Virus record (IMG/VR): IMGVR_UViG_3300037419_001758
Location: 1 to 41,096 of that record
Origin: a virus
Lineage: Duplodnaviria; Caudoviricetes
Strand: one strand, 5' to 3'
Length of the DNA stretch: 41,096 nt
Shown here: positions 8,063-16,024 of the stretch, piece by piece
Numbering within the stretch: position 1 is the stretch's first letter
Layout of the letters: each line of letters opens with the position of its first letter
Made by a program: the position numbers and the translations under genes
Notes under the pieces: generated by a model
Databases searched by the model: none
The model's input: the letters and a program-made list of their open reading frames with translations, nothing else
Told to the model about the DNA's origin: nothing

Positions 8063-10876
8063 ATGACCGCACTGGCGGAATGCATTATCGCCGCTCCAGC
8101 ATCCGTGGGCGAGCGCATCTTCAGCGCGGACGGGCTCCTGGCCCAGCGTCTACCCCGCTACGAGGCGCGGCAGCCGCAGATGGACATGGCAGACCTGGTG
8201 GAGCAGCTCCTCCGGGACGGCGGCCAGGCGCTGGTGGAAGCGGGCACCGGGACGGGGAAATCATTCGCCTACCTGATGCCGGCGATTGAGAGCGGAAAGC
8301 GCGTGGTGGTCTCCACGGAGAGCATCCAGCTCCAGGAGCAGCTCATCCGGAAGGACCTGCCATTCCTGGAAGAGGCGCTGGGCCGGCCGGTCAAGTACGC
8401 CATCGCCAAGGGGCGCGGCAACTATTTCTGCGAGCGGAATACACTGGTCCAGATCCAGGAGAACCGCGCGAAGCTTGTCAAGACGGACTACGATACGGAA
8501 CTCCGCCTGGTGGCAGAGGGGCTGATCGGCGACTTCGCGGGTGATTGGGACGGCAACAAGGCCACGCTGGAGCGAGCGGTCCCCGACACGCTCTGGAGTG
8601 ACTTCGCCGGTGACGACTCCTGCTCCGGGGGGAAGTGTCCGCACGCGCTGGACTGCGCCTATATGCAGGCCAAGGCGAAGTTCGAAGACGCGGACATTAT
8701 CATCACCAACCACCACTACTACTTGCTGCACCACTACGTGCGGGAGCAGTCGGGCGGTGTGGTGTGTCTCCTGCCGGAGCACCAGATCTGGGTGGCGGAC
8801 GAGGCGCACACCCTGGCGGACATCGCCCAGAACGTCTACGGCCTGGAGATCCGGCAAGGCGCGCCCAAGCGGTTTGTGACCAAGCTTCTCCGGCAGCTCA
8901 AGGCGCTGAAGCTGGATCTGGACATCAAGTGGGACGTGCCGGCCATCGAAGAGCGCGCCGAGGAGTTCTTCGGCTGCTTCCGCGGCGCCCTGAAAGACGA
9001 GCAGCTCTGGGATGAATTCCCGGAAGCCATTCTGGCGGAAGCGCGCGAGGCCATGTCTCGCCTGGTGGACGCCATCGAGCCGATCCGCATCGGGCTGCAC
9101 CGACTGAAAGCGAGCCTGGCGGATGATGACCCGGACACCAGCCGCGCGCTGCGAATGCTGGCGATGAACGCCAATGGGCTGACGGATGGGCTGCGCCAGT
9201 TCTTTCAGCCGGCGACCATCTGGTGTCCCACGTGCCACGGTACGGCCCAGGATGAGGAGAGCGGCCACCTGTGCGCAGCGTGCGAGGGAACAGGCAGCAT
9301 CCCGGACCCGGACCCGCCGGTGCAGTATGTCGAGGTAACGTCGCGCAGCCGCAGCTATACCAGCGAGAAGCACGTCACCCTCCACCGCAAGCCGGCGGAG
9401 ACGCACCGGATCTTCCGCGGCCTCTACCAGCATCTCCGCACGGCGATCTTCACCAGCGCCACGCTGGCGGCCGGCGGCAGCTTCGGCCCGATTGCGGACG
9501 AGTTGGGCATCAACGCTTTCGACGTGGAGACGCTGCAGGCCCGCAGTCCCTTCCAGTACGCGGAGCAGGTGCGCGGCTACTTCCCCCGGACGGTGCCGGA
9601 CGGCAAGAGCCCGGACTACCATGACCGCCTGGCGGGAGAGGTGCTCCGGATCGTGGAGTGGACGGGCGGCCGGGCGTTCATCCTCTTCACCAGCAATCGG
9701 GACATGCGCGCCGTCCAGGAGCGGATCGAGTTCACCTGCCCCTACCCAGTGCTGATGCAGGGAGAGATGCCGAAGGACCTGCTCATCGAGCGGTTCAAGG
9801 CGGAGCCGTCCGTGCTGCTCGGCGTGCGCACCTTCTGGACCGGCGTCGACATTCCCGGCCAGGCGCTCTCCTGCGTGGTGCTGGTGAAGTTCCCGTTCCC
9901 ACAGCCGGAAGCGCCGCTGGTCAAGGCGCGGTGCCAGCGGATCGAGGCCCGGCGCCAGCGCAGCTTCGACGTCTACAGCCTGCCGCGGGCCATCCGGGAC
10001 ATTCAGCAGGGGTTCGGGCGCCTGATCCGCACGAGCACCGATCGCGGCCTCTTCGTGATCCTGGACAGCCGGCTGCACACCGCGAAGTACGCGCAGAAGG
10101 TGCTGCGGAGCCTGCCGTCCTTCCCCTACAGCGACCAGCTACCCAACGATTGGAGCCTGGACGATGGAACTGGAATTCACCCGTCCCAGCGGCAAGCGGC
10201 GGCCGAAGAGCCGCGAAGCACCGCCCGGCATACCAACGCAGCTCTCCCAGGCGCGACTGGACCGGTGCGCCAATCCGAGTCACACGTTCGCCCATCAGTT
10301 CCATCACTGGATTTTGAAGCTGACGCACGGACCGCGGACCACCCGGGCGATCCTGCTCCAGCGCCTGCGGAAGATCCGGCCGGAGATCGTGCGGCTGCGG
10401 CGAGAGACGCGGAACCCACCGGAGAGTTGGGACGGCCCGACCTGGGAAGCGGCACACGAGCGGCTGTTGACGCTCCTGGCGCAGCGAGCGGCGATCCGGG
10501 AGACGCTCCAGCGCGGACGGGTGTTGGACCTGCCCGATGGCGCTACCTAGATCTCTACGTGGATGGCTACTACTGCAACCGCGGCCCCGGAACGGGCGTG
10601 ATCGGCCTGAACGAGCTGCCGTTTGCCGACCGCAACGAAGCCCGCGCGCGGTGGGAAACGCTCTTCACGCAATACCAGCGGTTCAGCGCCCGCACGGCGT
10701 GGCTCTACGAAAACGAGGGCGATCCGGGGTGGGATGACAAGAGCGCGGCCACGGAGCGCAGCGCGGCGAAGTTCGGGCAACTCCTGGACGAGCTGGCGAC
10801 GTGGTGCAGCGTGACGGACGCAGACGTGGTTCAGCTGCTACAAGCGGCTCTGGAAGGGCCGGAGGAAGAGGCGTGA
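8063..10876 (+). CDS. dinG: DinG/YoaA-family SF2 helicase with Zn-ribbon insertion and C-terminal extension
   Basis: YEARQPQ; EAGTGTGKSFAYL; KGRGNYFC; Fe-S cysteines (CSGGKCPHALDC); DEAH; TSATL; FWTGVDIPG; QGFGRLIR. Segment 10166-10540 is probably in the wrong frame (see findings). Confidence 0.9.
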   Translation: MTALAECIIAAPASVGERIFSADGLLAQRLPRYEARQPQMDMADLVEQLLRDGGQALVEAGTGTGKSFAYLMPAIESGKRVVVSTESIQLQEQLIRKDLPFLEEALGRPVKYAIAKGRGNYFCERNTLVQIQENRAKLVKTDYDTELRLVAEGLIGDFAGDWDGNKATLERAVPDTLWSDFAGDDSCSGGKCPHALDCAYMQAKAKFEDADIIITNHHYYLLHHYVREQSGGVVCLLPEHQIWVADEAHTLADIAQNVYGLEIRQGAPKRFVTKLLRQLKALKLDLDIKWDVPAIEERAEEFFGCFRGALKDEQLWDEFPEAILAEAREAMSRLVDAIEPIRIGLHRLKASLADDDPDTSRALRMLAMNANGLTDGLRQFFQPATIWCPTCHGTAQDEESGHLCAACEGTGSIPDPDPPVQYVEVTSRSRSYTSEKHVTLHRKPAETHRIFRGLYQHLRTAIFTSATLAAGGSFGPIADELGINAFDVETLQARSPFQYAEQVRGYFPRTVPDGKSPDYHDRLAGEVLRIVEWTGGRAFILFTSNRDMRAVQERIEFTCPYPVLMQGEMPKDLLIERFKAEPSVLLGVRTFWTGVDIPGQALSCVVLVKFPFPQPEAPLVKARCQRIEARRQRSFDVYSLPRAIRDIQQGFGRLIRTSTDRGLFVILDSRLHTAKYAQKVLRSLPSFPYSDQLPNDWSLDDGTGIHPSQRQAAAEEPRSTARHTNAALPGATGPVRQSESHVRPSVPSLDFEADARTADHPGDPAPAPAEDPAGDRAAAARDAEPTGELGRPDLGSGTRAAVDAPGAASGDPGDAPARTGVGPARWRYLDLYVDGYYCNRGPGTGVIGLNELPFADRNEARARWETLFTQYQRFSARTAWLYENEGDPGWDDKSAATERSAAKFGQLLDELATWCSVTDADVVQLLQAALEGPEEEA

Positions 10877-11346
10877 TCTACATCGGCATTGACTGCGGAC
10901 TGGACGGCGCATTGGCCGTGATCGACGGGGAGCAGTTCCATGTGTGGGATACGCCCACTGGCAAGCTCACCAAGCGGGAGTACATCGCCCACGAGATGTC
11001 GGCACTGCTGCAGGCCTACCGGGTCGATGCGTTCCGACAGTCCTGCGCCTACATCGAAGCGGTGAGCGGTCGGCCAGGCCAGGGGACTGCTTCCGCACGC
11101 TCTATCGGCTTCGGACAGGGCGTCTGGATCGGCATCCTGGCGGCGCACGGCATTCCCTTCCAGATTGTGCAGCCCACGGCGTGGAAGCGCGAGTTCGGGC
11201 TGCTGAAAGCGGACAAGAACGGCAGCCGGCTGCGGGCGCAACAGCTCTTCCCCCAGGCGGCGGATCGGCTCCAGCGCGTGAAAGACGACGGTCGGGCCGA
11301 AGCCCTGCTCATCGCAGAATTTGCGCGGCGGAGGGCGGCCAAGTGA
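10873..11346 (+). CDS. RuvC-like Holliday junction resolvase
   Basis: IGIDCGLDGALA, YIEAV, PTAWK, DDGRAEALLIA; GTGA-coupled start. Confidence 0.85.
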   Translation: MIYIGIDCGLDGALAVIDGEQFHVWDTPTGKLTKREYIAHEMSALLQAYRVDAFRQSCAYIEAVSGRPGQGTASARSIGFGQGVWIGILAAHGIPFQIVQPTAWKREFGLLKADKNGSRLRAQQLFPQAADRLQRVKDDGRAEALLIAEFARRRAAK

Positions 11347-11386
11347 GCTTGCTGGATCCGATGACGGAAGAAGAGGGGGTGCTGGC

Positions 11387-11599
11387 GTGAAGCGCATTCA
11401 CAAAGACATTCTGGAAGCGCTGCGCCGTGGGGCATTTCTGTCCGCTCCTCGCGGCATCGAGAGCAGCTTTTCCCTGCGCGGTCCCAACTGCGTGTTCATC
11501 CGAGACGTGCGCTCTAGCACCGTGCGCGAAATGCGTCAGCTTGGGCTGCTGGATAGCCAGTTACAGCCTGCACCGGACGCCACGGGAAACGAGAAATGA
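11387..11599 (+). CDS. Hypothetical protein (VKRIHKDILEALRRG...)
   Basis: GAGGGGG RBS, GTG start, ATGA overlap with the next gene. Confidence 0.55.
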   Translation: MKRIHKDILEALRRGAFLSAPRGIESSFSLRGPNCVFIRDVRSSTVREMRQLGLLDSQLQPAPDATGNEK

Positions 11600-11985
11600 G
11601 CCAACCACTACCCACCCCTGGCCGCGAGCCCGTGATGGAGCAAGTGATCGTGGACCTGCGCGAGCGCACCCAGCGCGGGATTGAGACTTACGGTCGTCCG
11701 CTGGAAACGCACAACGGGCGAAGCGCCAAGCTGGACCGCTACCAGGAGTTACTGGACGCGGCCCAATACGCCAAGCAGGACCTGCTGGAAGAGGCCGACC
11801 TACTCCGCGCGCTGCAGCCGGTGGCGCGGCTGCTGTTTTCGGTGGTTCAGACGCGTGATCTGGAAACTGGCGAGCCTGTCCCTGGTGACCGAATTCTGTT
11901 CCGGAGCAATCACACGGATCTGACCATTGGACAGGCCCGGGCGTTCGTGTCAGCCGTTATCGAGCTGGAAGGAAAGGTGCTCTGA
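11596..11985 (+). CDS. Conserved phage protein, possibly all-alpha NTP-pyrophosphatase-like
   Basis: R...GIETYGRPL..HNGR...YQELLDAAQY pattern common in phage proteins; function inferred. Confidence 0.6.
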   Translation: MSQPLPTPGREPVMEQVIVDLRERTQRGIETYGRPLETHNGRSAKLDRYQELLDAAQYAKQDLLEEADLLRALQPVARLLFSVVQTRDLETGEPVPGDRILFRSNHTDLTIGQARAFVSAVIELEGKVL

Positions 11986-12231
11986 TGCCCCGGCCCAACG
12001 CGGGAACGAGCTTTCGCCAGCCGACCGGCCACCGCAATACGATCCGGCGCGGGGACGGAGATTCGGAAGTGCCCCGGTTGCCCGCGCCGGATCGTGACGC
12101 ACTTCGTGGTGTGTGCCGACTGTCGCCCGCGCCTGACACTGGAGACGCGCCAGAGGTTCCGGCGCAAGGGCAAGACCGGAGAGCGGGCCGTGATCCACGC
12201 CCTGCGCGAGTTGAGAGAGGAGAAGCCCTGA
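11985..12231 (+). pseudogene. Zn-finger protein (CPGC...CADC) split by a +1 frameshift at about 12057
   Basis: The ATG frame is coding-like to RRGD. The +1 frame then gives EIRKCPGCPRRIVTHFVVCADCRP...EEKP* ending in TGATG coupling. Confidence 0.55.
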
Positions 12232-12377
12232 TGCTTCAGATCATCGTGTTTCGGGATCGCTGGCTGGTGATCCGTGCGACGGACCTGGTAGGACCGCACA
12301 CCCTCGCCTGCGAGGTGCTGGGCACCTTCGACACGCTCAACGACGCGGAAGCGTTCATCGACCGAGGTGGGCAATGA
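12231..12377 (+). CDS. Small hypothetical protein (MLQIIVFRDRW..., 48 aa)
   Basis: GAGGAG RBS; coupled at both ends. Confidence 0.6.
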   Translation: MLQIIVFRDRWLVIRATDLVGPHTLACEVLGTFDTLNDAEAFIDRGGQ

Positions 12378-12904
12378 GCAACCGTATTGGGGATTGGATG
12401 CAGGTGGGGAGTGGCCCGTTTTGGCCGCTGGACCCGCGCCCGGAAGAGATCCATATCCACGACATCGCAGTGGCACTCTCTAACCTTTGTCGCTTCGGCG
12501 GCCACGTCCGGGAGTTCTACTCCGTGGCGCAGCATTCGGTGCACGTCGCCGCCCTTTGCGGTCCGGAAGATGCACTCTGGGGACTGCTGCACGACGCCAG
12601 CGAAGCCTACCTGGGCGACATCATACGCCCGCTAAAGCGCCAGGAGTGCTTTGCGGAATACCGGGCTGCCGAAGAACGGCTGATGGCCGCTATCTGCGCG
12701 CGGTTCGACTTGCCGCGGGAGATGCCAGAGAGCGTGCGGCGTGCGGACGAGATCATGCTGGCCACGGAAGCGCGGGATCTCAAGAACGTGGACCTGGAGA
12801 CGTGGACCGTGCGGGAAAGACCACGGGATACACGCATCAATCCCTGGAGCCCGGCGCGAGCATGGTTCGAGTTCGGGAAGTCATTTGAGGCGTTGACCCG
12901 ATGA
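12374..12904 (+). CDS. HD-domain phosphohydrolase (YfdR/YfbR-like 5'-deoxynucleotidase)
   Basis: DIAVALSNLCRFGGH...FYSVAQHSV...LLHDASEAYLGDI...ADEIMLATEARDL. Confidence 0.9.
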   Translation: MSNRIGDWMQVGSGPFWPLDPRPEEIHIHDIAVALSNLCRFGGHVREFYSVAQHSVHVAALCGPEDALWGLLHDASEAYLGDIIRPLKRQECFAEYRAAEERLMAAICARFDLPREMPESVRRADEIMLATEARDLKNVDLETWTVRERPRDTRINPWSPARAWFEFGKSFEALTR

Positions 12905-13226
12905 CGCCGGAGAGCAGGCAGATACTCATCCAGACGCACGCTGGCGCAAAGGTCGTTCAGGGCGAGGTGTTGGGGCTACTGGCGATCCATCCGGCGATCC
13001 ACCGTCACGGCTATACGGTGACACATCTACCCACAGGACGAGAGATGGGCCTGGCGCGGTGGGTGGTCACGCTGCCGTAGGCCAGGACGCTGTTGACAGC
13101 GCTTCAGCAGCTCGATTGGGATTGGGTGGACGACCGCAACACGATCCGGTGCGGGAAGCGGCGCGGCAGATCATTCGGGCGGTGTTGGAGCCGCCCATCC
13201 GGAGGCAGGTGGCGCGAGAGGAGTAA
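12901..13226 (+). pseudogene. Hypothetical gene interrupted by in-frame TAG (13078-13080) and a frameshift at about 13135
   Basis: MTPESRQ...YTVTHLPTG...VTLP*ARTLLTALQQLDWDWVDD, then in another frame DPVREAARQIIRAVLE...EE*; ATGA-coupled start. Confidence 0.55.
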
Positions 13227-13229
13227 GAG

Positions 13230-13475
13230 ATGCGGATCACGATTGAGCTGACGGAGAGTGAAGTGCGGACCATCGTGCGAGAAGCGCTGGGCACCCAGGG
13301 TTACCACGTTACCCGTGACGAGTGGATACACGACCGCAATGACCCGAACGGCAGCTATCGGGTGAGCGGCTACAAGACGGTGGTGGACAACCTGGCGGTG
13401 CCCAAAGCCCTGGGGCCTGGGGATGTGGTGGATGCAACCCTAGTTGATGAGCACGGCGGAGAGGTGGCGGAGTAA
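13230..13475 (+). CDS. Hypothetical protein
   Basis: GAGGAG RBS; MRITIELTESEVRTIVREAL; GC3-rich. Confidence 0.7.
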   Translation: MRITIELTESEVRTIVREALGTQGYHVTRDEWIHDRNDPNGSYRVSGYKTVVDNLAVPKALGPGDVVDATLVDEHGGEVAE

Positions 13476-13543
13476 CCCGCTGCCCGCGAACTTGGACCGG
13501 CGTCCAATGATAACGAATGATAACTTTTCGGCGCGGAGGGGCG

Positions 13544-13927
13544 ATGCGTATCGAGGTACGGCTGGTAGTCCGGATCTGCGAGTTGGCGGGGATCAAAGGC
13601 CGTCAGCGAGAGTGCTTCGAGCGCCTCTGCCAGGACCGGAGCGTGGAGGACGTGGGAAAGGAGCTGGGTATCTCCCCGCAGACGGTCTACAGCCACCTGC
13701 GGCGGGCCAAGTGGAAGGTGCGACGCATCCAGGCGGGACACGGCGAGCTGCGGCAGTGGTGGGAGCTGATCCTGGAGGAGTGCATCCCGAACGGCCAGAA
13801 CCCGGCACCGGCGACACCGCGATTTGAGCGGAACGATTACGGCGTGATGGAGCGGGTGAAGGTACAGGGGGCGCGTCCGCTGACCGTGGATGACCTGGTG
13901 GCGCCGTTCGAGGTAGAGGTGCGGTAG
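13544..13927 (+). CDS. Sigma70-region-4/LuxR-like HTH protein, probable late transcription activator or antiterminator
   Basis: RQRECF...SVEDVGKELGISPQTVYSHLRRA; GGAGGG RBS; last early gene before the late promoter. Confidence 0.75.
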   Translation: MRIEVRLVVRICELAGIKGRQRECFERLCQDRSVEDVGKELGISPQTVYSHLRRAKWKVRRIQAGHGELRQWWELILEECIPNGQNPAPATPRFERNDYGVMERVKVQGARPLTVDDLVAPFEVEVR

Positions 13928-13959
13928 GTAGCTCGCTTGTCCGGTTAAAAAACTTTCCC

Positions 13960-13988
13960 TTGCACGCTGTAATAAAAGCTGTAATAAT
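13960..13988 (+). promoter_or_regulatory. Late-operon promoter
   Basis: TTGCAC N17 AATAAT with extended TG; direct repeat GCTGTAATAA x2 (13966-13975, 13978-13987). Confidence 0.6.
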
Positions 13989-13995
13989 CCGGGTG

Positions 13996-14031
13996 AGGGC
14001 ACTGCGTCTAAAAGATGACAGTGCCCTTTTT
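13996..14031 (+). terminator. Intrinsic terminator directly after the late promoter
   Basis: AGGGCACTG...CAGTGCCCT followed by TTTT. Confidence 0.65.
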
Positions 14032-14199
14032 CGTGCGTGACCGTATTCGGGCGCACGTTTCGTTTTCGGGGACCACTCCGGAACGGCCGGCGGGACCGCT
14101 TCCCGCAAGTCGGCACAGTCCAGAGTGACTGCGCGCGGCGCTACCTAGCGGCTCACTCCGGTGGGTACTGCGTTCCGATCCCTTGAGTCCTAAAGTGCT

Positions 14200-14244
14200 T
14201 CAGCCCTCGGCGCCCGCGTGGTGACCGGGGGCTGATCTTTTTCT
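14200..14244 (+). terminator. Second intrinsic terminator in the late leader
   Basis: TCAGCCCTCGG...CCGGGGGCTGA followed by TCTTTTTCT. Confidence 0.6.
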
Positions 14245-14281
14245 GTTGTCCCGGCTGGAGGCCGGTGAGGAACCGGCCTGC

Positions 14282-14515
14282 ATGAAACTCGACACCGCGG
14301 CGCTGTTTACGCTGGTCGGCATCCTCGTGGTCCTGATCGGCAACCTGGTCACGCTCCTGATGGGCATTGCCCGGATGGAGGAGGGCCTCAAATTCATGGG
14401 CAAGCGCGCGGACGGGATCGACAAGCGCCTGAACGGCCACGACCACCGGATTGGAAAGCTCGAGATCGGGCACGGTGAGATGCGAGAGCGCCTCGGGATG
14501 AAAGGTCAAGGATGA
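14282..14515 (+). CDS. Holin-like/XhlA-like membrane protein
   Basis: One TM helix plus coiled coil (IDKRLNGHDHRIGKLE); GAGGA RBS; first late gene. Confidence 0.6.
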   Translation: MKLDTAALFTLVGILVVLIGNLVTLLMGIARMEEGLKFMGKRADGIDKRLNGHDHRIGKLEIGHGEMRERLGMKGQG

Positions 14516-14706
14516 ACACTCCGTTTTACTGCCAGCGCTCCTTCTGGGTGAGCGCGGCGGGCAACATCTCCGCGCTGGCGGCCCTCTGCGCGGCCAACGC
14601 CAAGCTCCACGGTCTCTACTTGGCTCTCGCCGCCGTAGCGACCATTTGCGGTAACCTGGGCAGCGTCATTGCGGAGCGGTCCGCGAAGGGAACGACCAAT
14701 GGCTGA
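14512..14706 (+). CDS. Putative holin (two hydrophobic segments)
   Basis: FYCQRSFW N-terminus resembles holin (W/F)Y.S..FW starts; 64 aa; ATGA coupled. Confidence 0.55.
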   Translation: MNTPFYCQRSFWVSAAGNISALAALCAANAKLHGLYLALAAVATICGNLGSVIAERSAKGTTNG

Positions 14707-15181
14707 TCTGCCTTCCCTCTTCTCCGGCATCCTATCGGGCGCGCTGGGAGCGCTGGACGCGAGTGAGAAGGCGCACCTCCTGGCCCACGTGCAGGCGGTC
14801 GAGAAGCTGGGCGGCCAGGTCGACCTCTCCGGAGTGCTAGACGCGCTCAATGGCGGCTGGCTGCCGGATTACTTCGCTGCAGCGGAGCTGAATGTGAGTG
14901 CGCAGCTCGCGATGAGCACCACGCGCCAGCAGGTAGTCCAGGCGCAGGGCGGGGTCAGCATCGGGCCGCTGCAGCTCACCGGTAGCCTGGCGGAGACGAC
15001 GGCGCGGGGTGAGAACACCAACGTGACGGTCACGTGCACCCTGGAGCGCCAGAGTCGCAGCAAGGCGGTGAGCAACGCCTTCGATGCCCTGCTCACCACG
15101 CCGGGACCATCCATCCTGCCGCAGACGCCCACTACGCCGGCACTGCCCACGGCGTCCGTCGTCTCCACTCCGCCGCACTAA
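14699..15181 (+). CDS. Hypothetical protein with DUF2589-like helix + Ser/Thr-rich beta-hairpin layout
   Basis: N-terminal amphipathic helix; alternating strands ELNVSAQLAMS / GGVSIGPLQLTGSLAET / NTNVTVTCTLER; closing helix; Pro/Thr tail. Confidence 0.55.
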   Translation: MADLPSLFSGILSGALGALDASEKAHLLAHVQAVEKLGGQVDLSGVLDALNGGWLPDYFAAAELNVSAQLAMSTTRQQVVQAQGGVSIGPLQLTGSLAETTARGENTNVTVTCTLERQSRSKAVSNAFDALLTTPGPSILPQTPTTPALPTASVVSTPPH

Positions 15182-15435
15182 TGGACACCTCGCGCATCAC
15201 GGACAAGGCACCCCTCCCTGACTACCTCAAGGCAGTCGCGGATGGGGTGCTGGAAGCTGTGCAGCAGATCGAGACGGCGTATCCGGGGTGGGTGGTGAAG
15301 ACCCTGGACGTGACGGTCCGGTGCGCGCTGCGTCCGGAGCTCTCCGCGGATGGCAAGAGCGTGGCCCGCATCTGGGCGGATATGGACGTGAGCCGCAGCC
15401 AGCAGGTGACGGAGATCACGCTGCCGTTGAGGTGA
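15181..15435 (+). CDS. Hypothetical protein with Trypco/DUF2589-like helix + beta-hairpin layout
   Basis: PLPDYLKAVADGVLEA...WVVKTLDVTVRCAL...VTEITLPLR; TAATG coupling. Confidence 0.55.
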   Translation: MDTSRITDKAPLPDYLKAVADGVLEAVQQIETAYPGWVVKTLDVTVRCALRPELSADGKSVARIWADMDVSRSQQVTEITLPLR

Positions 15436-15439
15436 CCCC

Positions 15440-15733
15440 TTGAAGCTCTTCTCTCGTTTCTCCCACTTCTCTCTTTTGCGCGCGCTGCTCCAGGCACGCC
15501 GCGAGATCAAGGACCTGACCATGACCCGTGACGAGCTACTCCAGAAGATTGAAGGCGTGAAGAGCGAGGCGACGGCCCTCCGTGCGGAGCGGGACAGCCT
15601 CGCCGCGCAGGTGACGCAGCTCCAGGCTGCGCAGGACCTCTCCGACGTGGGTGCGGCGGTGGATGGCATTGGTGCGGCACTCCAGCCGCAGCCGATCCAG
15701 GCTGCCGAACCGGCGGCGAACGGCGCGCAGTAG
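15440..15733 (+). CDS. Coiled-coil protein (start TTG 15440 or ATG 15521)
   Basis: Heptads IEGVKSEATALRAERDSLAAQVTQLQA. Confidence 0.65.
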   Translation: MKLFSRFSHFSLLRALLQARREIKDLTMTRDELLQKIEGVKSEATALRAERDSLAAQVTQLQAAQDLSDVGAAVDGIGAALQPQPIQAAEPAANGAQ

Positions 15734-15737
15734 TCCG

Positions 15738-15995
15738 ATGTGCGCCCACACGCTCCTCTCCAGCGCCTGCGCGATCCTGGGCCGGCTGCACGTGCTGTTT
15801 CCGGCTGCTGACTACGGGTTGATGCTGGAGCTGCGGGAGGAGGGCGTCGTGGTGCGCATCCAGCGCCGGGAGACGGGGAACCGCTACGCCGTGGCCTGGG
15901 AAGGGTTCCGGAGCCCGGAGAGCGTGGTGCGGTGCTTTGAGGAGTGGCACTGCACGGGCGAGCCGGATTGGGCCAACGTAGACGACGCGGACTGA
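15738..15995 (+). CDS. Hypothetical protein
   Basis: GC3-rich ORF ending at the bidirectional terminator. Confidence 0.6.
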   Translation: MCAHTLLSSACAILGRLHVLFPAADYGLMLELREEGVVVRIQRRETGNRYAVAWEGFRSPESVVRCFEEWHCTGEPDWANVDDAD

Positions 15996-16024
15996 AAAAG
16001 CCCCTCACTCGGAGGGGACTTTTT
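15996..16024. terminator. Bidirectional intrinsic terminator
   Basis: AAAAG-CCCCTC-ACTCG-GAGGGG-ACTTTTT between convergent genes. Confidence 0.7.

Noticed and set aside
8261-10078. Long antisense ORFs (also 19928-21301, 23109-24263, 24652-26253, 35357-36859)
   Set aside because: Shadow frames of GC3-rich genes on the opposite strand, with no recognisable motifs.
8063-10876. DinG as part of a type IV CRISPR-Cas system
   Set aside because: No csf/cas genes and no repeat-spacer array seen anywhere in the window.
12901-13226. Genome-wide TAG reassignment (alternative genetic code)
   Set aside because: TAG clearly terminates core genes (DUF2303 at 3574, capsid at 24194, chaperone at 29707); only one internal TAG was seen.
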